DNA from: an uncultured Gammaproteobacteria bacterium | GTDB lineage: Bacteria; Patescibacteriota; Microgenomatia; CAYXHB01 | DNA length: 63,122 nt | Direction: 5' to 3' | Assembly (NCBI GenBank): GCA_964561945.1 | Contig: CAZLQM010000004.1 | Coordinates: 1 to 63,122 of the forward strand | Shown: piece by piece, positions 1 to 9,094 of the stretch | Layout of the letters: each line of letters starts with the position of its first letter | Numbering within the stretch: position 1 is the first letter of the stretch | Position numbers and translations under genes: made by a program | Notes under the pieces: model-generated | Database searches by the model: none | What the model saw: only the letters and a program-made list of their open reading frames with translations | Told to the model about the DNA's origin: nothing

Positions 1-122
1 TGATCTACCAAGGTCCTCAACTCATCATGCAAATTAATCTTGATTTAATCGACCTTCTCCATCAGGACGGCTATACTTCTATCCATGAAGCCATCGGCGC
101 CGATCTCAAAAAAACCAAATAA
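1..122 (+). CDS. pyrD: dihydroorotate dehydrogenase, C-terminal fragment (gene begins upstream of the window)
   Basis: Reading from nt 3 gives IYQGPQLIMQINLDLIDLLHQDGYTSIHEAIGADLKKTK*. The GP..i...L...l...GY.SI.E.IG tail resembles class-1 DHOD C-termini. TAA at 120-122. Confidence 0.5.
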   Translation, partial: IYQGPQLIMQINLDLIDLLHQDGYTSIHEAIGADLKKTK

Positions 123-735
123 TTATTATTCCCAAGTCCGCCTAGATTTAATTGCATTAATCAAAAATCAACGCTTTACTAACATCCTCGAAATTGGTTG
201 TGGCCAAGGACTAACTCTCAAATATCTCCAAGATCATAATCTTGCCCAAACTACCTACGGCATCGAACTTGACCCACACCAATCCCAAATCGCCCGCACC
301 AACATCGACCACATATTCAATATCAACGTAGAAAACACCACCCTCCCCAAGGTCAAATTCGACCTTATTCTCTTACCTGACATTCTCGAGCATCTCCACG
401 ATCCTGCCAAATTATTAACCCAACTTCACTCCTCACTTGCCCCAAACGGAACAGTACTTATCTCCGTCCCCAACATCCAACACATTAGCGTTCTAAGACA
501 ACTCCTCCGCGGTCGTTGGGACTACGCCGACTCAGGCATCATGGATCGCACTCATCTCCATTTCTTTACCCAAAAAACTATTCTTGAAATGCTTAACCAA
601 ACAGGTTACAAAATCTTAGACATCCAACACAACGGCGGTTATCTGCCTCACTGGAAAAGCATTCTTAACTTCCTCACAGGCAACCGCCTCCGACCTTGGT
701 TCGTCCCACAGTGGCTAATCAAGACAAAAATATAA
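85..735 (+). CDS. class I SAM-dependent methyltransferase
   Basis: 216-aa ORF with motif I ILEIGCGQGL, DLILLPDILEHL and VLISVPN post-motifs. The start overlaps the pyrD tail, so the true start is uncertain. Confidence 0.85.
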   Translation: MKPSAPISKKPNNYYSQVRLDLIALIKNQRFTNILEIGCGQGLTLKYLQDHNLAQTTYGIELDPHQSQIARTNIDHIFNINVENTTLPKVKFDLILLPDILEHLHDPAKLLTQLHSSLAPNGTVLISVPNIQHISVLRQLLRGRWDYADSGIMDRTHLHFFTQKTILEMLNQTGYKILDIQHNGGYLPHWKSILNFLTGNRLRPWFVPQWLIKTKI

Positions 736-830
736 ATATAGTTTCCAACTCAAGCACTAACCTTTCTTACCTTTCTCTTACAAACCCTTCACGCACACGC
801 CCACCCTATTGTTATATTATCCTCATAATT

Positions 831-2339
831 ATGTCTATATTTACCACCAAACACGAAACTACACCTTTGGATTACTCGTCTATACCTGACCACTACAGAT
901 TAATACCTTATCATGCGCCCACTCCCAAAATAGACCGCATCAAGGGCTTTTTGTCTCGACTGCCTCTTCCTAAACCCTCACCTTCCCAAGCACCAAACAA
1001 CTCCCCATTACCAAACACCCCCTCACCCGACAATCCTCCCAACATCTCCCAACCATCCAATCCCGAGCTCCAATACATCCAAGCTCACACAGGCCTAACT
1101 TCTCAAGACTTAATTGAATCTATTCCCCGCAAACCCAAAGAACTATCTCAAGACCAAATCCAACCACGATACGAACAACTCCATCAATTTCTTCAAACCC
1201 GCGAATCTCTCCCCGATCGAATTGACACCTCAACTCAAACTCTCATAACCCAAGCCTTAGTTCTATTCCCCCATCAATCCAATCCCGACACAACCAAACT
1301 AGACGCTTCCGGTCGTCGAGCCACCAAGCTACTTTTCGACTCCCTTCCCAACCGCGCAGACATTCCTGAGCTTATCTCCCAAGCCCGAAATCTCAGCCAA
1401 CAACACAACATCACCCATATTCCATGGCACTTAATCCAAAAATCCCTCATCGGCCAACAAACATACCACCAAAAAATCACCCTACTCCGCCAAGCCAATA
1501 TTCCGACAGAAGGTCTATCCGCAATCCAAGTCAACCAAAAAATCAAAGATCTCAACGCATCTCCTTCACCCCAAACCATCCCAACTCCAAACATCAGACT
1601 TCCCCAGTTCAAAGAACAACTCAAACGAATAACTCAATACTTCCAACACCGCCATCCTGCACTAACCCGCATTGCTCTTGCTGGAGCCATGGCTTTTACC
1701 CTTAACAGTTGTACCCCACGCCACAATTATGAATCAGAAATTCCCACCAACCCCAACAATCACACCCAAATCATTCCTTCCTCCACCCAATATATGGACA
1801 TTCTCTTGGCCCAAAACAGTCACTATCAACCTCACGCAGAACTTCCCGCATCTCCACATACAACCACAGTTGAAACTAACGCGCCTCTTACTCCAACTCA
1901 ATTTTCTAACCTAGATCTCGACCCCGCTCGCATGTCTCGAATTGAAGACCGCGTCTCATCTCTCGAAACCCAAATTGATAATCGCATCTCAATTCTCGAG
2001 TCCCAAGTCATCGAGCTTACCCAAACACCCGAAGTTGCCCCCTCTCCTCCCACCCCCACTCCCGTTCCGATCGTTTTCAATATCCAACCAATTACTCGTC
2101 CCGACGCTCCGCCTCTTTCAATTCCCATTCCCGAAATCACTCCACCAGCCATCCATAATGCCGAACAATTACCTCAATCATATACCGTCCAAAAAGGCGA
2201 TTGCCTGTCTGCCATTGCTGTTAAATATTATGGCCAAGGCAATGGTCATCTATACACTTTGATAGCCCAAACTAACCATATTCCCAATCCCGACCTCATC
2301 TATCCGGGCCAAACCCTCTCTATACCCACCCTCAACTAG
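831..2339 (+). CDS. LysM domain-containing membrane protein with a Pro/Gln/Thr-rich N-terminal region
   Basis: C-terminal LysM motif YTVQKGDCLSAIAVKYYG...IPNPDLIYPGQTLSIP. Internal TM segment ALTRIALAGAMAFTLNSC. Coiled-coil-like segment RIEDRVSSLETQIDNRISILESQ. Start trimmed to the in-frame ATG at 831 (MSIFTTKHE), because the track start at 696 overlaps the previous gene. Confidence 0.75.
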   Translation: MSIFTTKHETTPLDYSSIPDHYRLIPYHAPTPKIDRIKGFLSRLPLPKPSPSQAPNNSPLPNTPSPDNPPNISQPSNPELQYIQAHTGLTSQDLIESIPRKPKELSQDQIQPRYEQLHQFLQTRESLPDRIDTSTQTLITQALVLFPHQSNPDTTKLDASGRRATKLLFDSLPNRADIPELISQARNLSQQHNITHIPWHLIQKSLIGQQTYHQKITLLRQANIPTEGLSAIQVNQKIKDLNASPSPQTIPTPNIRLPQFKEQLKRITQYFQHRHPALTRIALAGAMAFTLNSCTPRHNYESEIPTNPNNHTQIIPSSTQYMDILLAQNSHYQPHAELPASPHTTTVETNAPLTPTQFSNLDLDPARMSRIEDRVSSLETQIDNRISILESQVIELTQTPEVAPSPPTPTPVPIVFNIQPITRPDAPPLSIPIPEITPPAIHNAEQLPQSYTVQKGDCLSAIAVKYYGQGNGHLYTLIAQTNHIPNPDLIYPGQTLSIPTLN

Positions 2340-2372
2340 AAAACATTCCCTCTCTGCTAAAATAAATTCACC

Positions 2373-2819
2373 ATGGCCCAATTGCTTACGTTGTTTATCA
2401 TAGCCAATATCGTCATTTGGATTATCGCCATCTACAAGACGTCATTCCAACACCAGCCCTTCCACATTACTCCACTTCTCGCCCCTCTTGGCATCTTTGT
2501 CTGGGGAGATTCGGTTATCTTTAGCTTTTTCTGGTTTGCATCCGCTTCTCTCTGTCTTTATCTTAACGATTTTATTCTTTTTGGTTTAACTTTTTCTGTC
2601 TTTTGGGTTATCCGAGGCCTAGGTGAAACTATCTACTGGATATCAGAGCAATTTGCTACCAATCACCGCAATCATCCCCACACTCTCATCGGTTCTAGAA
2701 TTTTCCCCCAAGATTCCATCCACTTCGCCTATCAGATAATAGCCCAAACCATCACTATCATTGCAATTCTCACTTCCGTCTATTTTGCTCATCTCTGGCT
2801 CACTGTCTCACTTCATTGA
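2373..2819 (+). CDS. hypothetical integral membrane protein (about 4 TM segments)
   Basis: 148-aa ORF with hydrophobic helices. It is the only + strand gene in the window that ends in TGA. Confidence 0.55.
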   Translation: MAQLLTLFIIANIVIWIIAIYKTSFQHQPFHITPLLAPLGIFVWGDSVIFSFFWFASASLCLYLNDFILFGLTFSVFWVIRGLGETIYWISEQFATNHRNHPHTLIGSRIFPQDSIHFAYQIIAQTITIIAILTSVYFAHLWLTVSLH

Positions 2820-2845
2820 AAACTAACTCATCTCCAGAGTATAAT
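2816..2845 (+). promoter_or_regulatory. sigma70-like promoter candidate for the small-ORF cassette
   Basis: TTGAAA (2816-2821), an 18-nt spacer, then TATAAT (2840-2845), about 110 nt upstream of the ATG at 2956. Confidence 0.4.
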
Positions 2846-2955
2846 ATCCAACGTAGATCGTTTTCATATCACATTCGATATGAATCATCGACCTGCAAAA
2901 GTACATTTATAAGTCAAGCAGTTACTATTTTTTTCAAGCTCAAAGGAGAGCAACC

Positions 2956-3321
2956 ATGTCTGTATTGATTACTGACGACCGCATCAAATTCGGGGTCCAA
3001 GAAGCCTCCAAAATCCGCGCTCTTACCCCCGACACAATTGAATCAATTAATAATATTAGGATTCACACTCGCGGGATGGAACAAACACCCGAGGATTTGG
3101 CGCACCAAATCAATCGGTGCACCGCTCCCCAATCCAAGTCGGACGTCCTTCGGATTCTAGCAAACGCGTTCTCTGATCAACCAGATTTTGTTAAGCAAAC
3201 CAAGGGGCTGGTTTTCCCCAAGGTCACATCCCATGAAAACCAACCCACGGCCCCCAAGCGCACTCGACCTCTCCTGATGGATCTCAGCACTTTCTACCGC
3301 CGAACTGGTACTGGAAAATAG
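2956..3321 (+). CDS. hypothetical small protein (121 aa)
   Basis: ORF preceded by AAAGGAG 7 nt upstream of the ATG and followed by a strong intrinsic terminator. No motif recognised. Confidence 0.55.
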   Translation: MSVLITDDRIKFGVQEASKIRALTPDTIESINNIRIHTRGMEQTPEDLAHQINRCTAPQSKSDVLRILANAFSDQPDFVKQTKGLVFPKVTSHENQPTAPKRTRPLLMDLSTFYRRTGTGK

Positions 3322-3342
3322 TTAACTTCCCACGACTTCCCA

Positions 3343-3377
3343 AGTCTGGGCTCTTACCCAAGGGTCCAGACTTTTTT
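3343..3377 (+). terminator. rho-independent terminator
   Basis: A 13-bp stem (3343-3355 pairs with 3360-3372, including 2 G-U pairs), a 4-nt loop ACCC, then T6 at 3372-3377. Confidence 0.8.
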
Positions 3378-3461
3378 GTTGTATAATTCACTCCAAGTTC
3401 ACTAAAGCTACAACTGCGTAGCTCCACATGAAGCACATTCACAAACAGAAAGGTTAGACTG

Positions 3462-3704
3462 ATGTCACCTCGCAGAGCTCAATCTCGTTTTGTCGAACAA
3501 TACGAAAAAAATCCTGACGCCGCGCTAGAAGAAATAGAGGTCAGATTATCTAGTGTTATCGATGGCACAAAGATATGCCTAATAAGTGCCGTTGTTGATA
3601 ATGCTTTTGATGAAGCTCAAACATTTCTGGACACACTAAAAGGTTTGCAAAACATGGCCACCCGTCCACCACGTTCTCCTCAAGATTCCAACAACATTTC
3701 TTAA
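3462..3704 (+). CDS. hypothetical small protein (80 aa)
   Basis: ORF with GAAAGG 8 nt upstream of the ATG. No motif recognised. Confidence 0.45.
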   Translation: MSPRRAQSRFVEQYEKNPDAALEEIEVRLSSVIDGTKICLISAVVDNAFDEAQTFLDTLKGLQNMATRPPRSPQDSNNIS

Positions 3705-3728
3705 TATTCCCCAGAAAGGCAACTACTC

Positions 3729-4061
3729 ATGTCCAACTCAATCTTTAACAATGGATCTTTCCCCAGCGCCCAAGATCCAGACAGTAGTATTCCCCGAGAA
3801 ATCAAATCTGCTCAGGCAGAATACCTCGATTTACTCGAACAAGCTATCCGGCTAGCCCCTCAAGCAGATCGCAAATTTCAAGTAATCGTTCTCGAAGATC
3901 TTGCCAATCGAGTCCGGGTAGAAATGGGGATCCCCACTGCTCACATATTTCCACTTGAAATCACTTTGGCAAACATGCAAGACAGAGCAAGCAGATCAGA
4001 TCCCTCCATCTCTCGTATCTATCAAGAATTCGTAAAACAGACCCGCAAGGACCGTAACTAA
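3729..4061 (+). CDS. hypothetical small protein (110 aa)
   Basis: ORF with GAAAGG 9 nt upstream of the ATG, 24 nt after the previous ORF, followed by a terminator hairpin. Confidence 0.5.
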   Translation: MSNSIFNNGSFPSAQDPDSSIPREIKSAQAEYLDLLEQAIRLAPQADRKFQVIVLEDLANRVRVEMGIPTAHIFPLEITLANMQDRASRSDPSISRIYQEFVKQTRKDRN

Positions 4062-4075
4062 CCTTTCCGTTCTCA

Positions 4076-4105
4076 AGCCTCTCTCCTCCCGAGGGAGGCT
4101 TTTTT
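4076..4105 (+). terminator. rho-independent terminator
   Basis: CCTCC(4085-4089)/GGAGG(4094-4098) stem with a CGAG loop; an alternative outer AGCCTC/GAGGCT pairing exists. T6 follows at 4100-4105 and overlaps the stop of the convergent gene. Confidence 0.6.
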
Positions 4106-4775
4106 ATGCTTCCTTCCGATATATTGGTTTATCGGGTACCAGATAAATACTCCACGCTACCAATAACGAAACCACAATCTTCACAATTACATTCGTATAA
4201 AACATCTGCCCCAAAGCTCCCACGCTTACTACCCCTCCAAAAGCAATGATCGGAAATATAATACTATCCAACGGTATCGAAACTGCATTAGAGATCACTA
4301 CTCGCCACCACTGAGGTTTACCTTTACCAATTCCACTTACCCACCAACTATACACATACGTATCTGCCACCTCACTTATTAACCCCGCCACTACAGATCC
4401 AATTACAATCCGCATTTGTAACGAAAATATAAACGCCCACGCCACTTGTCCTCCGGCATCAGCCCAACTACTCTCAGCTGGCAAAATCACAACCAACTGA
4501 AAATAAAGTGCCGCCAAGAAATTAAGCAATCCACTCATATAAACCGTCGTCAACGCAGCTCTAGCCCCTAATTGTTTATGTATCAAATCCCGCAAGGTAA
4601 ACGTCAACGCATATATCAATCCGCCGTCCATCACCCAAGGCCCAAGATAAGTTACCTTAGTCGCCGATACATTCGCCACTAACCCCGCAAACACGTATAA
4701 AGTACTCACAATTATGGCCAACTCCATCCGCGTTGGCCTCACCAAATATTTCTTTATAAATCGCATAATCCTCAT
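4104..4775 (-). CDS. yhhQ: queuosine precursor transporter (YhhQ/DUF165, VUT family)
   Basis: 223-aa multi-TM protein with family-like segments TFTLRDLIHKQLG, SEVADTYVYSW and SNAVSIPLDSIIFPIIAFGG. Confidence 0.7.
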   Translation of the reverse strand: MRIMRFIKKYLVRPTRMELAIIVSTLYVFAGLVANVSATKVTYLGPWVMDGGLIYALTFTLRDLIHKQLGARAALTTVYMSGLLNFLAALYFQLVVILPAESSWADAGGQVAWAFIFSLQMRIVIGSVVAGLISEVADTYVYSWWVSGIGKGKPQWWRVVISNAVSIPLDSIIFPIIAFGGVVSVGALGQMFYTNVIVKIVVSLLVAWSIYLVPDKPIYRKEA

Positions 4776-4833
4776 ATTTTACTATAAATAATTTACCCCT
4801 TCGCAAAAATCCATTAATTTAATAAAATGAAGT

Positions 4834-5076
4834 ATGAGCAAAAAGTCCCGTCGCGCCCGCAAACTCGAACAAGACACTTCCACTCCAGACTCTTCCGACA
4901 CTCTTTCTCAACTAAACAGAATCTATCTCCGCCAAGACTCGCGTACTGGGGTTAATCGAGTCCACGATCCTTTCAACCCCCGCGAAAACAACGTATTTTA
5001 CAGACAAACTCCTCCAAGCCAATCATCCATCCCTACCTCGGCCCAAATCCAACGTTTCATTCGCGACCAATCATAA
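4834..5076 (+). CDS. hypothetical small hydrophilic protein
   Basis: 80-aa ORF of low complexity. Its end overlaps the convergent hydrolase gene by 6 nt. Confidence 0.3.
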   Translation: MSKKSRRARKLEQDTSTPDSSDTLSQLNRIYLRQDSRTGVNRVHDPFNPRENNVFYRQTPPSQSSIPTSAQIQRFIRDQS

Positions 5077-5949
5077 TTCTGCTACAAATTCACTTATTAA
5101 TTCTCCCAGCTCTTCCTCCCGATCTCCAAATCCATGACCTCCATCAGCAAATAATTTAGTCTTAACCTGTTTAATATATTTCTCAAATATCGCCATCGCC
5201 TCCTCAGGATCACTTGGATTACTCGAATGAAAAAACTCATCATCTCTTGATACCGCCACCAAAGTCGGCACCTCAATGCTTGTCAATGCAGGGAAATTAT
5301 ATTCTTTATGGCTCAAGTCAAACACTCTCCCCGCATCATCTTGGCCGTACCAACTCACAAAAGTCACAGCACTCATTCTCTCTTCTTTCGGAGCAAAATC
5401 AAACAAATTTCTCCCTCTTCCTTGATCAATTTGTTTCTGGGCCAAATCCAATAACTCTTCAATTGGCTTATCTGCTATCTGACGCAAAAACGCATTCTTA
5501 TCAAACGGTGCCAAAAGAATTAATCCCCTCACTCGATCTTTATATCTCCCTTCTTTCAAATACCGCACCACTTTCATCGTCCCCAACGAATGCCCCTGCA
5601 AAACAATCTCCACTTTAGTATTACAAATCCTATCAATCGCCTCTATCCAACTATCTATATCCCGATACGCATCTTCCAGTCTTTCATACCGCGCTCCCAA
5701 TGTTACATATTCATCATCACTAGTTCTAAAAACTTTTATCTTCTCAGCCCCCCTAGTATTCCCAGTCAAAAAACCCACTCCCTTGCCTACCAACTCTCTT
5801 CCCACAAACCCTATAAATTTATTCTCATAAAAATTCCCCTCGAATCCATGCACATGCAACACTACCATACTCACCTCTTTCCCTCCACTATAAACCCCGT
5901 GCAACACCAACTTGTCATCAGTTATCGTCTCGACTAATACTCCATCCAT
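5071..5949 (-). CDS. alpha/beta-fold hydrolase
   Basis: 292 aa with nucleophile elbow LQGHSLGT (GxSxG), an HG oxyanion-type HVHGFEGN and a C-terminal GGHGF. Confidence 0.8.
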   Translation of the reverse strand: MDGVLVETITDDKLVLHGVYSGGKEVSMVVLHVHGFEGNFYENKFIGFVGRELVGKGVGFLTGNTRGAEKIKVFRTSDDEYVTLGARYERLEDAYRDIDSWIEAIDRICNTKVEIVLQGHSLGTMKVVRYLKEGRYKDRVRGLILLAPFDKNAFLRQIADKPIEELLDLAQKQIDQGRGRNLFDFAPKEERMSAVTFVSWYGQDDAGRVFDLSHKEYNFPALTSIEVPTLVAVSRDDEFFHSSNPSDPEEAMAIFEKYIKQVKTKLFADGGHGFGDREEELGELISEFVAEL

Positions 5950-5996
5950 CGCTTACATTATAGTTCATCCAGTACAATTAATATAATATTTACACT

Positions 5997-7613
5997 ATGC
6001 AATCATCCAAACATTACTACCTAGCCACATTTCTCCGCATTACTTCTTATCTAGGCTTAAGTTTCGGACTCTTACTCATTATTCACGCCAAATCCACCAC
6101 TGGATTACTCCTCCTCGAACTCCCATCCCAAAACCAACAAAAAATTTACCTCATCTTTGCTGTCGCCTTTGGATTATTTATCATTTCCCAAATCATTTTC
6201 TCTTTTTCTCGACCCTCACACAACTCCAATCATCCTTCAGCTCCCTTATGGCGCAATCTTCTTTCTACCATTATAGCCAGCGCCATCATCATCTCTACCT
6301 CTACTCAACTAATTATCATTGGCAAACAAATCCAAAAAAACCTCGGTCAAGACATCATCGCTATCTCTGGAACTGGCTCCATGTATCCTACGTTTCCCAA
6401 AGGCAAATCCACTACTCAATCCGCCAAAGAATCTGAAATCGTCGCCCAAATCCCCATGCAACACTATCCCCAAGGTATCAGTATCGGATCTCACAAATTT
6501 TTTGATTATCAACTCAAGCGAGGCGATATCGTTTCATTTACCAACCCCAACACCTTCCTCCTTAACCTCGACTCGCCCTCAACAGGATTCGTTAAACGCG
6601 TCATTGCCTTACCCAATGATACCCTTGAACTCCGAGATGGCATTGTTTATCTAAACGGGACTCCCCAAAAAGAACCTTACGTTGCCCACGCGCGCTCAAC
6701 CTTCGGGGGCACCACCATCCAAGAATGCCAAACTTATACCGTACCTCCCAACCAAGCTATCGTCATGGGCGACAACCGCAAAGGCAGTCTTGATTCTCGC
6801 AGTGATCTAGGCTTTATTAACCTCCACGACATCACCCACGTCATCCCCTATCACCAGCAACAACCCTACTCCCAAAACTGGCACGACCCCCAAAATGATT
6901 TATCTCCCCAGTCCAAAATAACCCTAGATGTTAATCAATATCTCCAACTTCTCAACCAACTTCGCCAATCCCATTCCAAACCACCTCTCAAACTTAACTC
7001 CCAACTCACCACCTCCGCCAATCTTCGCAGTCAAAAAATACTTGAGTTTAACGATTTTTCTCCCGAAGCCACCATCAGTGGCTATCCCCTCAAAAAATCT
7101 CTTCAACAAGCCAATTACACCAATAATATTTGGGGCGAAACCTACATCCAAGGCTATTATGAAAGTTCCGAATTAATCGAAAACCAACAACTCCACCCCC
7201 AAACACTAGATCTCATCACCAACTCTGACTTCCAAGACATCGGTATCGCTCAACTTCAAGGCAACCTCAACAATTGTCCCACTCAAATCATCGTTATCCA
7301 ATTTGGCGGTTATAAACCACCCAATTACGATGCTGCCACTCTCACCTCTTGGCAACAAGCACTCACTAACCTAGAAAAAATTCAACCAGGATGGAACCAA
7401 CTCAAAGACAATCAAGATTTTTACTCCAATCATCAATCCGATGTAAATCGAATCAATGAAATTATTGATATCAGAATCAACCGCACCAAAATAATTGTAA
7501 ATAAAATTCAACAAAATCAATGGCTCTCATCAACCGAGCAAGACTGGATCACTCAAGACAAAACCTTATCCCAAGAACAATCCGCCCTTGCTATCCAACT
7601 TAACTCACGCTAA
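5997..7613 (+). CDS. lepB: signal peptidase I fused to a C-terminal CAP/SCP (YkwD-like) domain
   Basis: S26 motifs GTGSMYPTF, GDIVSF, VKRVIALPNDTLELRDGIVYLNG and VMGDNRKGSLDSR. This is followed by about 250 extra aa with a CAP-like pattern VNQYLQLLNQLRQ...PLKLNSQL...GETYIQG...DIGIA...IIVIQFGG. Confidence 0.85.
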   Translation: MQSSKHYYLATFLRITSYLGLSFGLLLIIHAKSTTGLLLLELPSQNQQKIYLIFAVAFGLFIISQIIFSFSRPSHNSNHPSAPLWRNLLSTIIASAIIISTSTQLIIIGKQIQKNLGQDIIAISGTGSMYPTFPKGKSTTQSAKESEIVAQIPMQHYPQGISIGSHKFFDYQLKRGDIVSFTNPNTFLLNLDSPSTGFVKRVIALPNDTLELRDGIVYLNGTPQKEPYVAHARSTFGGTTIQECQTYTVPPNQAIVMGDNRKGSLDSRSDLGFINLHDITHVIPYHQQQPYSQNWHDPQNDLSPQSKITLDVNQYLQLLNQLRQSHSKPPLKLNSQLTTSANLRSQKILEFNDFSPEATISGYPLKKSLQQANYTNNIWGETYIQGYYESSELIENQQLHPQTLDLITNSDFQDIGIAQLQGNLNNCPTQIIVIQFGGYKPPNYDAATLTSWQQALTNLEKIQPGWNQLKDNQDFYSNHQSDVNRINEIIDIRINRTKIIVNKIQQNQWLSSTEQDWITQDKTLSQEQSALAIQLNSR

Positions 7614-7642
7614 TCTTCCATGTCGATTTTAATATATCAAAG

Positions 7643-7651
7643 TGGTATAAT
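7643..7651 (+). promoter_or_regulatory. extended -10 promoter element candidate (TGgTATAAT)
   Basis: TGGTATAAT at 7643-7651, about 30 nt upstream of the adaptor gene start. Confidence 0.35.
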
Positions 7652-7681
7652 CACCCCCGTTAAATATCCTATACTATTTTT

Positions 7682-9070
7682 GTGCCAAAAATCAAAAACT
7701 TTATTCTTTCTCCAATTCGCAAATTCCCCCTCCTCACCTTCTATATCACCTTAGGAGTTCTTGTGACGTTGATCGTTTTAGGTCAATTCATCACCAAACC
7801 AGCTCCTATCCCACAATCCAATTCCATATCCCCTCGTAGCGTTTCTACATTTAACCTTAAAGATCCCATTACCATCTCACTTCCAGCTCAGGTTAACAAC
7901 CAAAGACTTATAACTATCAACTCTCAAACTCAAGGCATAATTACCAAAGTAAACATCAAAGAAGGACAAAAAATCAAACGTGGTCAAACTTTAATCTCAA
8001 TTGGCACGACCAATCTGGGAGGCAATCCAGCCACCATTGGTCGTATAATTGCTCAAGCCAATTTAGATTTCCAAAAAGATAATCAATCTCTTCAATCTGA
8101 CATCCTCAACCTCCAACGCAAGCTTAGCGATCTAAATAAAGATCTCAACGGCGAAAATCGTGACATAGCTAACCAATCCCTAACCGATACCCGAAATATG
8201 TTTAACGACACCCAAAAAATCTACAATCAAGTCACCGATCAACTTAACATTCTTCAAGCCAATCCAACCACAGCATCAAGCTCCGCCTCACTTCAACAAA
8301 CCAAACTCTCCCTTCAAGCCAATCTTAACCAACTATCCCAAGGCATCCGCGCCAGCCAGCTTCAAGTAGACGAAAATAAACCCCCAGCCCAAATCGCCGA
8401 CACTAGCCGCGAACTTACCCAAAAACAACTCGACCTTCAATCCCAATCCCAAGAACTCAACCAGACCCTAACAAAACTTAACTTAGAACTTGCTCGCATC
8501 AACGAAGCACTCTTCTATCCAGTCTCTCCTGTCAACGGCACTATCCAACTAGTTCACGTCAATCCCAACCAATCCATCTCCCCCGGTATGCCTATCGCCA
8601 CTATAATCGACGATCACCGCTCTCCACTCAAAATTACCTCTTCAATTCCATCATCGATTTATCCCTACATTGATTCATCTGCACCAATCACCATCAATCA
8701 CAACAACTCTATCCTAAAAGCCAACCTCCTCTATCTCTCAATCATTCCCGACGCCACCAACCTCCATCCTGCAATTCTCACCACCTCACAAATCATCAAT
8801 AACCCCCTACCTGCAAACATCCTCACCAATTTCACCCTTCAATCCGATCAACTCATCATTCCCATCGATTCCATCTATCAATCATCCAACGACAGTTATA
8901 TCTATCTTATTCAAAAAACTGACCAAGGTTTTATTGCCACCAAGCGAATAATTACCACTTCACGCATTATAGGCAATTATATAATCGTCACATCAGGGCT
9001 AAACAAAGACGACATCATCATCACTTCTCGATACGTCACCGACCAAAGCTTAGTAATTCCCAACAACTAA
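7682..9070 (+). CDS. efflux RND transporter periplasmic adaptor subunit (HlyD/MFP family)
   Basis: GTG start and an N-terminal TM. Lipoyl-like hairpin GIITKVNIKEGQKIKRGQTLISI. Long Q/N/L-rich coiled coil. Second hairpin half VSPVNGTIQLVHV...PGMPIATI. Located directly upstream of the RND permease. Confidence 0.7.
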   Translation: MPKIKNFILSPIRKFPLLTFYITLGVLVTLIVLGQFITKPAPIPQSNSISPRSVSTFNLKDPITISLPAQVNNQRLITINSQTQGIITKVNIKEGQKIKRGQTLISIGTTNLGGNPATIGRIIAQANLDFQKDNQSLQSDILNLQRKLSDLNKDLNGENRDIANQSLTDTRNMFNDTQKIYNQVTDQLNILQANPTTASSSASLQQTKLSLQANLNQLSQGIRASQLQVDENKPPAQIADTSRELTQKQLDLQSQSQELNQTLTKLNLELARINEALFYPVSPVNGTIQLVHVNPNQSISPGMPIATIIDDHRSPLKITSSIPSSIYPYIDSSAPITINHNNSILKANLLYLSIIPDATNLHPAILTTSQIINNPLPANILTNFTLQSDQLIIPIDSIYQSSNDSYIYLIQKTDQGFIATKRIITTSRIIGNYIIVTSGLNKDDIIITSRYVTDQSLVIPNN

Positions 9071-9094
9071 TTTTTTACTTTCCATCAATTTTAT

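Noticed and set aside
696-830. N-terminal extensions of track ORFs (696, 22713, 37757, 27062, 18978, 33356, 62876).
   Set aside because: The extensions overlap neighbouring genes or start with TTG/GTG inside a Shine-Dalgarno sequence. In each case an in-frame ATG that follows gives a protein beginning where homologous families normally begin.
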